Counted from the whole stretch's first letter, positions 39,701 through 52,206 are shown. The stretch is DNA of 63,033 bases, filler included, from Jimgerdemannia flammicorona (GCA_003990765.1; 2 parts of 2 records of this genome joined end to end with filler, not necessarily neighbours in it); one strand, 5' to 3'. The notes: generated from the letters alone by a model not told the origin. Translations and numbers: made by a program.

Positions 39701-40374
39701 AGACAATATATGGAGAAACCTTGAAGTGCTTCGCCGGCATGATTATTGAAGATCTGCCTTTCGTCAGGAATATTAAAACTATTCTTCCTGCATGGTGTAA
39801 GTCGACCAAGCTTCGAGTGGAAAAAATTAGAAGAAGTGGTAGTCTGAAAGAAGACATTGATTACTTCAAGAGTCCTTCAGATAACGAGGGGATATATCCA
39901 CATCATGAAACGCGGCCGGACTACATGTCGCGTTTACGTAGAGAACTGAAACACGGCCAATCTGGCCAACCACCTGAAGAAATCGAATACTGGCTTAGTT
40001 TTGCGAGCAAACTGCAGACTAATCCTGTCGATTCTTCAACAAATGTCTCGAACACTTTGTCCAGCGACATAAGATACTGCTTCTCAAAAGCAGATGGGAC
40101 CCCGAATGCGCAGTTAAAAAAATGTCGGCAGCTGTTTGAGGACTTAGGCTACCCTAGCAAGATCAAGGGCATTTTACGAATCCACTTCGTGTTTCCGAGC
40201 GTCGCAGGTGGCACTCCGGCAAATGCAGTCGTCGGGGAAGATGTCCTTGTCTATATCGATATCAAAAACATGGATACCTTCTTTGACGAGACCATCGCAG
40301 CGCGCGCCAAGGAGGTTCCGATTGCAAAGAAGATGATCAGATATTTGATAAGTTCAAAGGAGGAACTAGATTAG
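36724..40374 (+). CDS. Crinkler (CRN)-like protein: N-terminal ubiquitin-like header, P-loop NTPase, C-terminal restriction-endonuclease-like domain; multi-exon
   Basis: Exon ~36724-37129 (VMGLKREIRKK...CLFVYLP, then GTAAGT); probable micro-exon 37398-37409; long exon ~38057-40374 with Walker A ARSGSGKT, Walker B LVIAVDE and RPD...FASK. Start exon uncertain. Confidence 0.8.
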
Positions 40375-40503
40375 TTAAAGAATCGGAGATGCAGATGCAA
40401 AAGTGGTTGCCTTAATAACTGGTGTTCATGTCGCAAAAACGGAAGGAATTGTACTGAATGGTGTGTTTGTGAAACATTCTGTAATAATTCTTATACTTTG
40501 TAA
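40375..40503 (+). other. Tesmin/CXC-like Cys-rich domain in frame directly after the CRN stop codon
   Basis: TAG, then LKNRRCRCKSGCLNNWCSCRKNGRNCTEWCVCETFCNNSYTL*. Confidence 0.8.
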
Positions 40504-40849
40504 AGAGGGTGGAATACGAAGAGTGGATTGCTTAAAACAATTTTCTTGATAATAAAAAATTTTGAGTTTGAAGATTATTTATATTTTAATTATAAAATAA
40601 TTTAACAAGTAAATAATAAAAGAATAAATATATTATTCACTTTTAATAAGTATTATTAGAGTATAAGATATTTTATATAACTTTATTAATTATATAGAAT
40701 ATTAAATTATATTATATGTAATATAAAATATATAAATAAAATTTAAAATATTAAACAATTTTTTAGAATTATAAATATAATATTTTCTTAATACTAAAGA
40801 TTATTTTATAATTATATATTAATTTTTAATTACTAATATAATATTTATA

Positions 40850-41585
40850 TTTTTTTTTATTTTATTTTACAACTTGAAGTCTTATAAATTTTATTAGAAG
40901 AGAACTAGAATATATAGACCAAAACTCCTCTCTGAGCACTATATCTTTATTAAATCTAAGCTATCTATTATTCAGTAGCTCAACTATATCAGATACAGTA
41001 GCATTTATAATTATCTATATCTCATTCTATATACTATGCTCTTTTTATTATTAAAGAGTAACAATTATATACTCATAATTAAAGATATATATCTAAAACC
41101 CTAATATATGTATAAGACTATACTTGAGTGTTTTATATAGTCTCTACTATCTCAAGTAGAGTAATAGATAAGAAAAATCTCCATTAAAGTACAAAATAGT
41201 AAGTATGTAGTACCTTGTTCTTCCTAATGATATAGAAGAATACTTCTAATACTCCACCACTCAAGTCTATAGACCTTGATTGTATTACTATATTAGCTCT
41301 TGGTTTCAGTTGAATATAGTTAAGATATCTAATCTAGATAGCCTCAGATCTCTCAACTACCTTCAATAATCAAGGCATAATCTTATAAATTATCAAAAGT
41401 AGCTAAGAGTGATACTGACAATCTAACTACCCTACAACAATCAGAAGGCCTCACTGATATTATATTTGCTCTAGTCCTGATAACTATCTCTAGCCTATTA
41501 CTCTACTAGTTTACTATAATTACTCTTTCGCCTATCTATAATTATTATCTCTTCTTCTATTCTAACTCTATTTAAAAAATAATTA
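40850..41585 (-). mobile_element. Poly(A) retroposon copy 4 (3' part, eroded)
   Basis: Homologous to 14140-14890; T-rich tail at 40849-40869. Confidence 0.78.
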
Positions 41586-41586
41586 C

Positions 41587-41622
<36 letters not shown>

Positions 41623-41665
41623 GGGAAATTTTTTTTTTTTTTTTTTTTTTTTTAATTTTTTAAAA

Positions 41666-41705
<40 letters not shown>

Positions 41706-41715
41706 TCTTTATAAC

Positions 41716-42153
41716 TTACCTCCAATTCTGTAAATATTTTTTACTACAACACTCCTGCTCTTCAACTGCACATTTTTTCTTATTGAAAAATTCTACTAAA
41801 GTTGCTTGAGTTATATCAATCTTTTTTGGTACTTTTTCCTTTGGTAACTTTTCATCTACTTCAAGATCTTGATTATAGAGTAGTTGATAATAAGTATCAA
41901 ATTGTGCAATAAGTTCTTCAGAAACAGTAATGTTAATAATAGCCTCTGTTTCTGAAATAGTAGAGAGAGCAGGTGAAGGAGAAGGTGTATGATGTTCATC
42001 ATAATGTTCATGATGTTCATCTTGATCAATATCTGCTTGCTCAGCTATATTATCACTAGATGTAATAAATTCTATAGCAATATTTTGAAATTCTTCAATC
42101 AGAGTAGTCAACTCAGGATGTGTTTCAGAAAAAATAGTCTCCAGAGAAGCCAT
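41716..42153 (-). CDS. Acidic, CpG-free ORF, probably the N-terminus of a TE-derived gene cut off by a poly(T) tract
   Basis: 145-aa ORF ending near a Cys cluster and a GTAAG donor; no family recognised. Confidence 0.35.
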   Translation of the reverse strand: MASLETIFSETHPELTTLIEEFQNIAIEFITSSDNIAEQADIDQDEHHEHYDEHHTPSPSPALSTISETEAIINITVSEELIAQFDTYYQLLYNQDLEVDEKLPKEKVPKKIDITQATLVEFFNKKKCAVEEQECCSKKYLQNWR

Positions 42154-42489
42154 GGTGAAGTTGGATGAGATTCAGAATTTGTCGGTTGATTGAAGGGATA
42201 TGTCAATAATCATTGTCACGCATTATGTCAATTTTCATAATAATTGTTTTAACTTCATATAGAATTTTGTGTCACACATTGTTATATACCAATAAAATGA
42301 TACGTGACATCTTGTTTCTTTAATCATACTAAGCCACCAGAAGTAAGATTTTAAAAGTGGCGACGACATATGTCTATATCTTGTGACGTTGAGGGCGTGA
42401 TTACGTCATTGCTGGGCATTTGGTTTCTGGGCGCATGGACAACAGAATTCCTGTTATCATCTCTCTCTCCCCTGGACAACCTAGAGCGA

Positions 42490-43976
42490 ATGGCGACCCC
42501 CCAAAATCTACAGGAACGCACTCTATCTTTGGTCAAGGTGCGTCTTCATTGACCTCTACTCCTCTGTGGACAACAGCATCATTCATCCCAAAACTACACG
42601 TTCGCTTTCATTCTATAGCACCCTCAGTTCTTCTGGTGGCTAGGTCACCTGACGCTCCTCATCCACTTCGCCTTATATCTTTTTACCGTTGTAACATTCC
42701 GATCCTATGCCGGCTATTATCATCGTGCCTATCTTGGTGCTCTAGTTTCGTATGGTGTAGTTGTCTACAAATCGTTCGGCGTAAGTCGGCTTTTTCATTC
42801 GCCTAGTTATCAATGGCAGGTTTCTGGGCATCAGCCACACATTTGCGCGAATGTGTACCTCGAACCAAGTGCTAACTCAAGACGAATACGGACTTACTGC
42901 TTGGTGTTTATGCCAACGCATCCTGAATTCAGTACAACACTTCGGGGTACAATTTGGTAGACAATGCGATCAATGTTGAGCCAATGCCTGGATAAACACA
43001 TTTGATATATACGTTATTTGGAAGATGCTATGTTTGGGGTTGTGATTGACAAAATACTATTCGGGCTTCTCTCGCACGCGATTTTCACTCGGGCAACAAT
43101 CTTAGCGTTGCATTTTCATCATACTAGATCGGTATTTGAAATTCTTGCTAAATATCTTACTGTTTACATCCTTCATTAAAGGTTCCGCAATTGTCGATGG
43201 AATATGCTCAACGATTTTTCATGGATGAAAACGTTCAATACCTTTTCCTTGCATTTTACTGGTACTCGAACTCGCCAATTTTAGGTTCGTATCCCGCCTT
43301 GTTAGTCTTCCTTTTTATCACATCGGTTGATATCTCACATAAACAATTCTCCTATATTCCTACAGTCACCTTGATACCCTTCGCGACCTTTTCGGCATTT
43401 CACACCTTGGGTTACCTCCGTACCAATATCATTCCCACTTTTTTTCCGACGAACGCGACATCGCAGGCCACCAATAGTGCCGCTTCCTCTTCTGCCCCAA
43501 CATCGTCTGCCGGCTTTCCGACTCAGATTTCTCTAGCCATCAAGAAGTGGACTGACCAAAACTATGGCCCTGCAATGCAATTTGTAAGCTATATTGAAGT
43601 GGTCGGTGTCATGGGCCGCTTGCTCTTGGGGGCCATCACGTACGTGACTGTTGGTTTCTTTATTGAATATATCAGGTTCAAGAACCGATGTTTTGTGACC
43701 ACTTAAGCTTACTGCTCGCGTGTATGACTCTTTAGCTTCCAGACATCGTTCCTGGCTCCCCTTGTTTATGCCCATTTCCTGCGTCTGCGGTATTTTATGT
43801 CCTCTTACACCCGCGATGCCCTCCTCAAAGTGTCGGCCAGGTTGGACACGCTCCTACTCCCTCCGACCGCAGATGCTCGAATTCCCCCTGCTGTTGGCAA
43901 GGTTTACGCAACTATAAAAAGCCTTGTGGTTCGGTATGGTCAGAGTGCCGTGCAACAAACTCAATCTGCTCGTTAA
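42490..43976 (+). CDS. POM33: TMEM33/Pom33/Tts1 (UPF0121) ER-nuclear envelope membrane protein, 5 exons
   Basis: MATPQNLQERTLSLVK / HPQFFWWLGH...AYLGALVSYGVVVYKSFG / ...DENVQYLFLA / TLIPFATFSAFHTLGY / ...YAHFLRLRY; GT-AG introns; TAA at 43974. Confidence 0.9.
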
Positions 43977-45259
43977 TGGGATTGATTGGAACATTATCAC
44001 CCAAAATGCAAAGCAAGGCTTTCTTTAGTCGAGTAGTACGCTTTTTTGGTTAGGTGTCAATGGAATATATTTTCGAAAAGTGCGTGTCATTGTATGAGTT
44101 GATCTGTACGCCTTTTCATTCGAACATTTGCATGATAGCATTTACCCTTCCCTACCTGTTCCTTTTATATACAGGATAGTTTTTTTTTTTTTCGGTCGGA
44201 TTGTTATTTTTAGCTCCAATGATACATGATTTTGATGATCAGTTCTTGAGCAACTCTCTGACATAGAAATGTTGACATGGAACCTGACAGCTCTTGGAAC
44301 TCTGCGTAAATTATTCATTGATGTGCGATATTTTGGTGTTGGCTTTCAAAGGTGTGTTTCCTCTTTAATCTTCAGATCATATGGTGTATACTGCGCAGAG
44401 TAAATGAGGCGAAGTTTATCTGGATTGGTACCTTATTAAAAAATTTCATCTCAAATATGCAATGTCCGTCACAGAAACCGGGATGTCGACTGCAGCACCT
44501 GCAAGTAATTAGGTATCATCAAAAGCTCTTTTTTCCATGCATTACATCACAAATTATTTTTTTCTTCAATAATTTCGTTTGTCTCATTTTCTTTTCTTTT
44601 TTCTCATCATTAATGTGTCTGCTGCTACTAAATCATTTTAAGTTATAGTTTTCATTATTCTGTAGTCTCTATATTACATACTGTTACTTTTTATAGATAA
44701 TTTTTTTGTCAAATATTAATGTAATTAATACCAACTTAAGAACAAATTTAATATATTTAGTATAAAATTGATTTAAAAAAATTATTTTAAGTATTACTTT
44801 AGTTATTTAAACTAATAATATAATATTAAACTCTTATAATAATATTATTATAAATAATAGTTTTAGTTAAAATTATAATATATTTTTTAAAATATAAATA
44901 ACTTTTTTTATAAAAATAAATTTATTATAAATATTTTTATAAGATTTAGTATTTACATATTATATAATTATTTATTATAGTTAATATGGATTAATATATT
45001 TATAAATTACTAATATGGGGCGTGCTACAACAAAACCAGACAAAGTGAACATTTGACGTCATATTTGTCCGTAGGATTTTTCAATTGATAATTGGTTAAG
45101 CAATCCGAAAGATTGATATCATTTCCACATGAAAATGGCATACTGGTTATTGTTTTATCTGAATTATTGGGTCTGTAATAAACCAGTGTTCGGGAATAGG
45201 ATTTATGTCGAAATAGTATTACCATAAGAAAGAACCACGACGTAATTAATATAAAGGGA

Positions 45260-47690
45260 TCAGCCATTGAGGAACAGAGAAATGATCACATCTATATATT
45301 GAAATGTCCGACATTTCGACCGCAATTTTTTAGGAATCACTTGCTTCCTAATTCTTTTGCGTGAAGGTGTCGTGAAGCTTATAGGAAGTTGAATATCAAC
45401 CTTGCGTTTTGCAGGACCAATCCCAACTTTCTTTAAATTCAGCGGAATGTTTTGGATCAGACGTATCGTTCTTTCGAAAAAAAGATGTGCAAAATTAATT
45501 TGAGGTATGTAATAGAAGACAATTATCGAAAAATGCTAACGATTAGCTCTAGAACGATTTCTACATCCTCAGGAATTTCGAACAAATCTATCTTCGTGAT
45601 CCTTGTTACATATCCAGCGGGGTTGTCTAATACCATAATCATCAGCACAAGACCTAGAAAACACAACAAGATTATTTAAGCTGCAAAAGCGAAAGGGACG
45701 GAACTGAAAATTTTCAAATCATACCTCCGTGTATATATCCCACTGTTTCGAGTTTATGGACGACATTCGGTTGCCATTTGACACGCTCAGAGATCGAAAA
45801 GCATATCACGGAGCATTTTTGGTAATTTCAGCCCGCTTTCGGCGAGCCACTTTGTGCCATTTTCGCCGTGATAATATCTTCCAACCTCTGCAGCGCCAAA
45901 TTCTAGTGCACGACCACTGGTACTTTTCCTAATTGCGTCGCCCCGTCTACCAATCACTTTCCTTTCTGTATGGTCTTGCTTGCGGCTCTTGTTTTTTCTG
46001 TTACTGCTAGAAATGCTACACGACTCTCCTCTATGGTGAAGATAGCAAATGATGAGAGAATCGTCTCGATGAAACATAACCAGCAAATCTCTGCAAGCTA
46101 CCTTGCAACATCTATTCCTCTAATATCTCCAAAAACTTTGTCTATGGTGGGACCCCAAATATTTAGGTTATACCACGCTTCCAGGTGGTTCATGCAGAGA
46201 GGATTTGGCTGCCTTTCATATAGGTGGACTCTAACAGATGAACTTAATTTAGTGTCAGTTATGTATAATTGTCACACATCAACGACACTTACAAATTCTG
46301 CACAGCATAACAGATCATATCAATTGGGAAAGCTTTCTGGGCATCATAATTAGCATCTCGTCGTCTCGCAAATTGGCTAATCGCGTCACGAATTTCACCA
46401 ACACTGGTCTATAAAAAAAAGGTTGAGATTAGTCAATCGTATGTGCAAATATGCATTATGTCAAAAATGATCGATCATCAGTTACCTTTGAGAGCACTTC
46501 AATACATTTTTCAGTATCATTATCAAGCACTATATCATCCTTGGAATTTGTACATTCTAACTCCTCCCTTTCTTCGTCAGTAAATAGTGCACAGATCTGT
46601 TGATCTTTCAGATCAATGATGAAAGAATGCACCGAACTATTCCGAATAAAAATAAAAACGAAAGGCTAGACTTACTTTTCAAAATGACACTGCATTCCAT
46701 ACTTGTATAGAATGTCCTCAACTTTCCGTCCTGACTTGAGCTTCCATTTTGAACTATCGTCCATGCTCTCGAACATCGCCTTATACTCCCTCCTTGATAT
46801 ATCCGTAAGAGGTGTTCTCGATATTCTGGATGTGCCCTCTACATCTTCATAATCTTCGTCACTATCCTCATCCCCTTCGTTTTCGTTATGATTTAGCTCC
46901 ACATCGATACCTTCATCATCTTCGAAACCATAGTCTTCGACAACATCCCGATCACTATCAAAGCCTTTGCTTCCATAAAGCGAACTTTTCTTTGATCCTT
47001 CAGCCAAAACATCTGCTTTCTAAATCCGAGCAGCATTAGACAAAAAGAAAGGTATTGATTACAATTAATACGATGCGACCATACATTGAGTCAAAGACGA
47101 AATGTTGTGATACTTACGCGATTATCGCTATCCAAAAATCCTTCGACATGTCGAGAGACAAGAAATCTTCTCTTCTGCTCCTCCGTCGACTGTGAACAAC
47201 GTAGTCATTAATATAAATATCAATGTATTATTGGAAGGCATCTTTAGTGCGGCTGTACATACTTTCTGAATATCTGTGGCAACGGTATCTATTCGATAAC
47301 GTATGCTTTGACTGACATAACTTTGTATAGCTCTCTCCGTGGCACTTTCCAACTGCTCCAACGGCTAAAGAATTTTGAACGCAACAGGAGCATATCAAAT
47401 GTTTGCCCTCGATTTTATTACCTGGTATTCACGCAACCGTTTAATAATGGATCTATATCCACGAGAAATCTCTTTCCTTGAACTTAGGTCATCTAATAAA
47501 TCGAGCCACAACCGCTCCACATCCCCAACGGATTCCACAGGGATTTTCTGTATAATGATTTGTTGCACGAAGAGTTGATATGACCAGTCGTTTATGTTAA
47601 TAGCAGCCAGTGCTGGGTGAATATCCGTCGGTGGTTTGAAAGGTGGAGTATCCGGTGTCAAAAACACACTGGGTCGTGCGATCTTGTTGA
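45260..47690 (-). CDS. Multi-exon protein with putative PD-(D/E)XK-like nuclease domain of a fungal-expanded family
   Basis: Exons encode KWKLKSGRKVEDILY, SVHSFIIDL, GESCSISSSNRKN...GRRGDAI...LEFGAAEVG...K.PKMLRDM, MVLDNPAGYVTRI, PISFTTPS. 5' end uncertain; may be partly disrupted. Confidence 0.6.
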
Positions 47691-47767
47691 AAGGCCAATT
47701 GTTTACATTGTGGCTTATCGAAATTAAATATATGTATATATACAGTCGTGTGCAGCACGATAAGATC

Positions 47768-48050
47768 ACAGCTCTGTCTCTTCCTGCGGCCCTGCGGCGA
47801 GGAAGCCGGAGCTGCGCGTTTATGAACTATATGCGGCCCTGCGGCGATATAGTTCCTCTGGCGCACCTTACATCAAATGCTATTGCGGCCCTGCGGCGAT
47901 ATAGTTCCTCTGGCGGCCCTGCGGCGGATAGCCTCTTTGTGGTAAGGTCAGAAGGTAAAACGGAACAACGCTGCGGCCCTGCGGCGAGCCTAGTTCTAAG
48001 ATGGTCTTCAATCGTTGTGCGGCCCTGCGGCGACAAATGATTTGAAGCCA
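47768..48050 (+). repeat. Array of hairpins with invariant 14-nt loop GCGGCCCTGCGGCG and variable complementary stems (candidate structured ncRNA)
   Basis: Loop copies start at 47786, 47833, 47885, 47913, 47973 and 48019; flanks are mutually unrelated inverted repeats, several with G-U pairs. Confidence 0.85.
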
Positions 48051-49417
48051 TGTTCAATATACTGATTGTTGATCGATTTCTTCGGCAAGAAACATGACCT
48101 CCCTCCCTAAAGCCCTCCTCATCTCGCACAGATGAATTACCAGCCTCGGGAGACGATCGTATAATACCTTCAAAATGTAGTCTGATCATCTTGATCATCT
48201 TAAAGTTGCTGCATTCGTCGTCAAGATTGTTCGGGTAATGCTTAAAACTAAAGTGGAATCTTTATTGTTTCCTTTTTTTGATGTCAGTGCTAATGTGTTT
48301 AATGTGCCTATGCAGAAAATAAGAAAGAGCGACAAAGAAGATATTCGATGCTGAGAACACGATACCGACTGGATGTGTGATGCTCAGGAAGAGACGCGTA
48401 AGAATACTGCACCATCCATCTTTTTTTTTTTCTATAGTAAGGAGAATGTGCCTAATTGACTTTAGTTGTTACTTGCCTGCAGATTGTCAAACTTACATGA
48501 ACCTAAGAATGATGACGACGAGGCCAATCCTATATTTTGATGGTGGTGCCTGTATTGGTGTTGGTGAGAGATGGGCTGGGCGATGAACGGGAGAATGCCA
48601 AAGAGCAATTTTAGAAACGGAAAGGTTCTTGGTATGGGAAGTCATACTATGGAGGGATATAGCTTTGATAATTATGTATGACACAGAACTATCCCTATAT
48701 AAAATATACATATGAAACTAATTTACATCAAATCTACTATGGAACTAAAGAACTATAGAAGCATCTTGAAAAAAGAACAAGGAGAGAAAATTACTCCTAA
48801 TATTTTCTAAATATTTAACATTAAAGCTATTTAAGATTATTTGGATAAAGAGAGAATTATCTATGAAATTTATCAACAATTATATATCAGTTCTGATAGA
48901 GATATAAATATTACTTATTAAGAAGATACTTCTGAACAAAGTTAAGAGAAATTGAATTCAAAGAAGTGAGAATTATCAGAAACTTCAGAAGAATTAAGAA
49001 AAAAAATATATATATATAAAGAGTAAAGATATATAGAGATAGTCCTATATATTCTTTAATATATTATATAGAGAAAATTTAACAAAATTAGACAAACTAT
49101 ATATAAAATATAAAATATATAATAAATAATACAATTATAAATAAATATAAGAAAGTTTTGTAATTTTTAAAAGTAGACTATAGCTATAGTTATTCTATCA
49201 AAATATCTAAAGAAGAGTTTGCTAAATTACAGAAAGTCTTTTAAGCTCTTAGTAAACTTAAATAAGATATTTTCTTAATAGTTCAACTGAGATCTATAGT
49301 TAGGAGAGTGATCAATACTAGTTGATGTTTTAAGAATAAGACTTATATCAATAAAAGAACTATCTACTAGAATTATAATATGTACTCCTATTTACTAAAA
49401 AAAACTTACCTTAATAT

Positions 49418-49830
49418 TATTATATAGTAGATACTAAGTCCTTCAAATATATCAGATTTTCTTTAAGATATATCTCTTAGACTAACTACAAGTTTGTTAT
49501 AAGTAAGTTCTTATTGGAGTATCTTTCTAAGGTCTTATAGTCCTCAAACTTCTTATCTTTAAACTGTTTTGTTATCTTTTAGATTGCTTACATAAAATTG
49601 AGTATAAGTGAACTGAGAGAACTAAGGAGACTGACTTTATTTCAAGAGATATTTATACAAAATATAATTCAATAGTTGCTAAGATATAAAGCTAAATATA
49701 AATTCTAATAACTAAATAAAATACTGGAATATAGAAAACTTCAATTATAAGTACAAATTTGAGTACTTGTATAAATAGTTATATAAGTTCAAGATACTAG
49801 CAGATTTTAGTTATACATATAAGAAAAGGA
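49418..49830 (-). mobile_element. Eroded LTR fragment (U5/R end) of family C
   Basis: Reverse complement of ~18600-18948. Confidence 0.8.
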
Positions 49831-49861
49831 TACTAGAAGAATTTCTGAGTTATATCTGATT

Positions 49862-50140
49862 GGCTGTTTATTTTTGCAGACAAATTTGCCTGTAAAATTT
49901 TTTAAATTTTTAAATTTTTTCAAAAAATTAATTTTTCAATATTTTTAATTTTTTTTTTTTATCTTATATTTATTAGTAAAAGTATTAAAAAAAAAAATTT
50001 GAAAAATATTTTTAAAAAATATTTTAGATTTTTTTTTTGACTTTATATTTATTAATAATTTTTTTTTTTTAAATAAAAATTATATATTATTTTTATTTTA
50101 TTTTATTTTTTTGCAGGCAAATTTGCCTATGTTACAGCCT
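49862..50140. mobile_element. Possible MITE
   Basis: Ends GGCTGTTA...TTACAGCC; two subterminal palindromes CAG(G/A)CAAATTTGCCT; very AT-rich interior. Confidence 0.4.
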
Positions 50141-50249
50141 AAGGGATAAAAGAAAAAAACTATTCAAATTTTAGTTTCTTATCAAAAAAAGTTTACTAAT
50201 ATCTTTCAAAAATCAATAAAACTATCACTTTAGAAAAAAGTCAACTATA

Positions 50250-50545
50250 CATAATATTAATATAATTTCAGAATCAGTATCTCTATATAAATCTATTTAT
50301 TCTATCTCAACCCAAACTGAATCTCTAAGATATTAAAAATACTTCTTAATAAAGGATATATTGAATCAAGTATATTCCTTCTATAGAGTACTAATTCTAT
50401 TTATAAAAAAAGAAGGATGAAATATTACAAATATATTTAAACTACATATTACTTATTTAACAAAATTACTATTCAGAACCAATATCTCCTGCTTAGTATA
50501 AAAGAATAATTTACTCAGCTCTACAAAGCAAAAGTGATAACTCTA
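50250..50545 (+). mobile_element. Eroded Gypsy reverse-transcriptase fragment
   Basis: Reads as degraded LLDKGYIE.S.SP...ILF.KKKDG.L..C.DY..LNKITI.N.YPLP.I. Confidence 0.7.
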
Positions 50546-50619
50546 AGAGGAGATTCTAGCAAATATAAATAAATGAAAAAGATATATAAAAAACTGCCTT
50601 CAAAACAAGATATGGAACC

Positions 50620-52206
50620 ACCGTCGTAGCAATCCCCCACGCGACCCGCAACCCCGCAACCTCCACCAAAAAACGCAATCCACTTTACGTACTCGGGATC
50701 TTTAGTGACATTCACGGCAGTTGCCTCCATATCCTCAACCCCGTGCACGTCCTCCAACTCCAAATCCTCCAACACCTCCCTCAAAATCTGTGCCCCTCTC
50801 CTCGCCCCGCCCGCCCGTCGCATCTTCTCTCCCCAGAACACCGTACGCCGCCCGAACGGCTCCTCCAGCACCTCGCCTGCCCGAAACGTCGCCCGTCCCG
50901 AACGGTAAGCCAAATCCCAGCATCCACTGCGCGATCCGCCACCTCGTAGCAGTCGGATCAGTACGGTAGAATCAGCTAGGGAATGCCATAGTACACAGCC
51001 TCGTTGAATGAGCTTGCCCCGCCGTGGTTGATGCTCATCGTTACGAGTGGGTGCGCGCGCGAGGAGAATTTCCGGAATCCACGAGACCACGGATAAGCAC
51101 AACCTCGTCGTGTTGGTGCTTCGAAATTTTTGCTCTGAGACAGTCTCCACCAACGCCGAGGCAAGGTTCGCGAGCTGACTCGGTGGCATACGTACGACGG
51201 ACCCGAGAGAGATGAGGACGACGCGCTGGTCGAGTTGATCCACTCTACGATCGTGTCGGGCGTCATCCTTGTCGTCGTCGACCCCAGCTTCGGCGCGGAG
51301 CGGAAGAATGGCGCCGACCAGGTGCACATTGGGTCCGTGCATAAGGGGTACTCAACCCCTCAGACGCAGGTGGAGATGATGGTACGTGCGCGCCTCAAGA
51401 TCTTGATTCTAATATCAAATTCCCCCGTCAGCACAAGCTTGACCTTCCCTAGGCCGTCGAAGAGCACCGATTTGATTACAAACAGAGGAAGGACGTACTT
51501 CTCTATGAAGACTTGGAGGAGGTCGAAGAAGTGGAAACGTCGCGGGGAGATGCTTATGCTAGGTGACTCCAGGATTAACGAGTCTGTTGCGCTGTGCCAG
51601 ACGCTTCGGAAGCCGGGCATGATTAGTGCGACGGCTAAAAGAGGGGGGATTCAGACATGATTGTTGGTGCGTTGTGGGTTTGTTAGTCGTCGCGGAGAAT
51701 GTATCCCAGCCGGGGTCCACCCTCAAACGGAAGGAAAAAATCGAAACTCAATGATTCGCCACATCATACGCAACCCACGTCGCCGAATCCGCTACCATCA
51801 ACCTCGGCCTCCCCTCCTCCAGTCTTCATCAGCCCTCCATGTAGATTCAGGTAAACTTAGGCTCCAGCGTGAGCTTTAACATATCAACCCGAGCTCTTAT
51901 CACGCCCGCGCCGTCTTTACACATGTCCCTCATGCGCACTTGCACGTCGAGGTCGATGCTACTGTTCTCGTTGCCCAGGCTCGCGAACCGTATCCCGGCA
52001 CGCTCCACCTCCGCGCGTCGCTCCTCCGTCGTTGCGAACCAGATTGGATAAAGCGGCGCCCTTTGAGAGTTCTTGAGCGACGCCGAAGATGGGGTTGAAT
52101 TGGCCCGGGTGCGATATGGTCGCGAAGAGGATCGGCGCTGGTGAGACATAGCCTCGGGCGGGAGCATGAGACAGAAGAGGCCGAGGAGGACGGGTGTCAG
52201 TCGCAT
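50620..52206 (-). pseudogene. UDP-glycosyltransferase (GT1/UGT) pseudogene
   Basis: Signal-peptide-like start, ILFATISHPGQFNPI, WFATTEERRAEVERAG, VLISLGS and the UGT signature SWIP...HPLVTMSINHGGASSFNEAVYYGIP, spread over shifting frames with in-frame stops. Confidence 0.82.

Noticed and set aside
47785..48033. CRISPR array
   Set aside because: The repeat is only 14-16 nt, the intervening sequences pair around it, there are no cas genes and the context is eukaryotic. Reported instead as a hairpin array.
47827..48198. ORFs with repeated SPQGR/AAGP/RRRAA peptides
   Set aside because: These are the same DNA motif read in different frames, not a protein repeat.
48640..49410. Class assignment for the eroded coding-like AT-rich stretch
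   Set aside because: Looks TE-derived but no diagnostic motif is readable.
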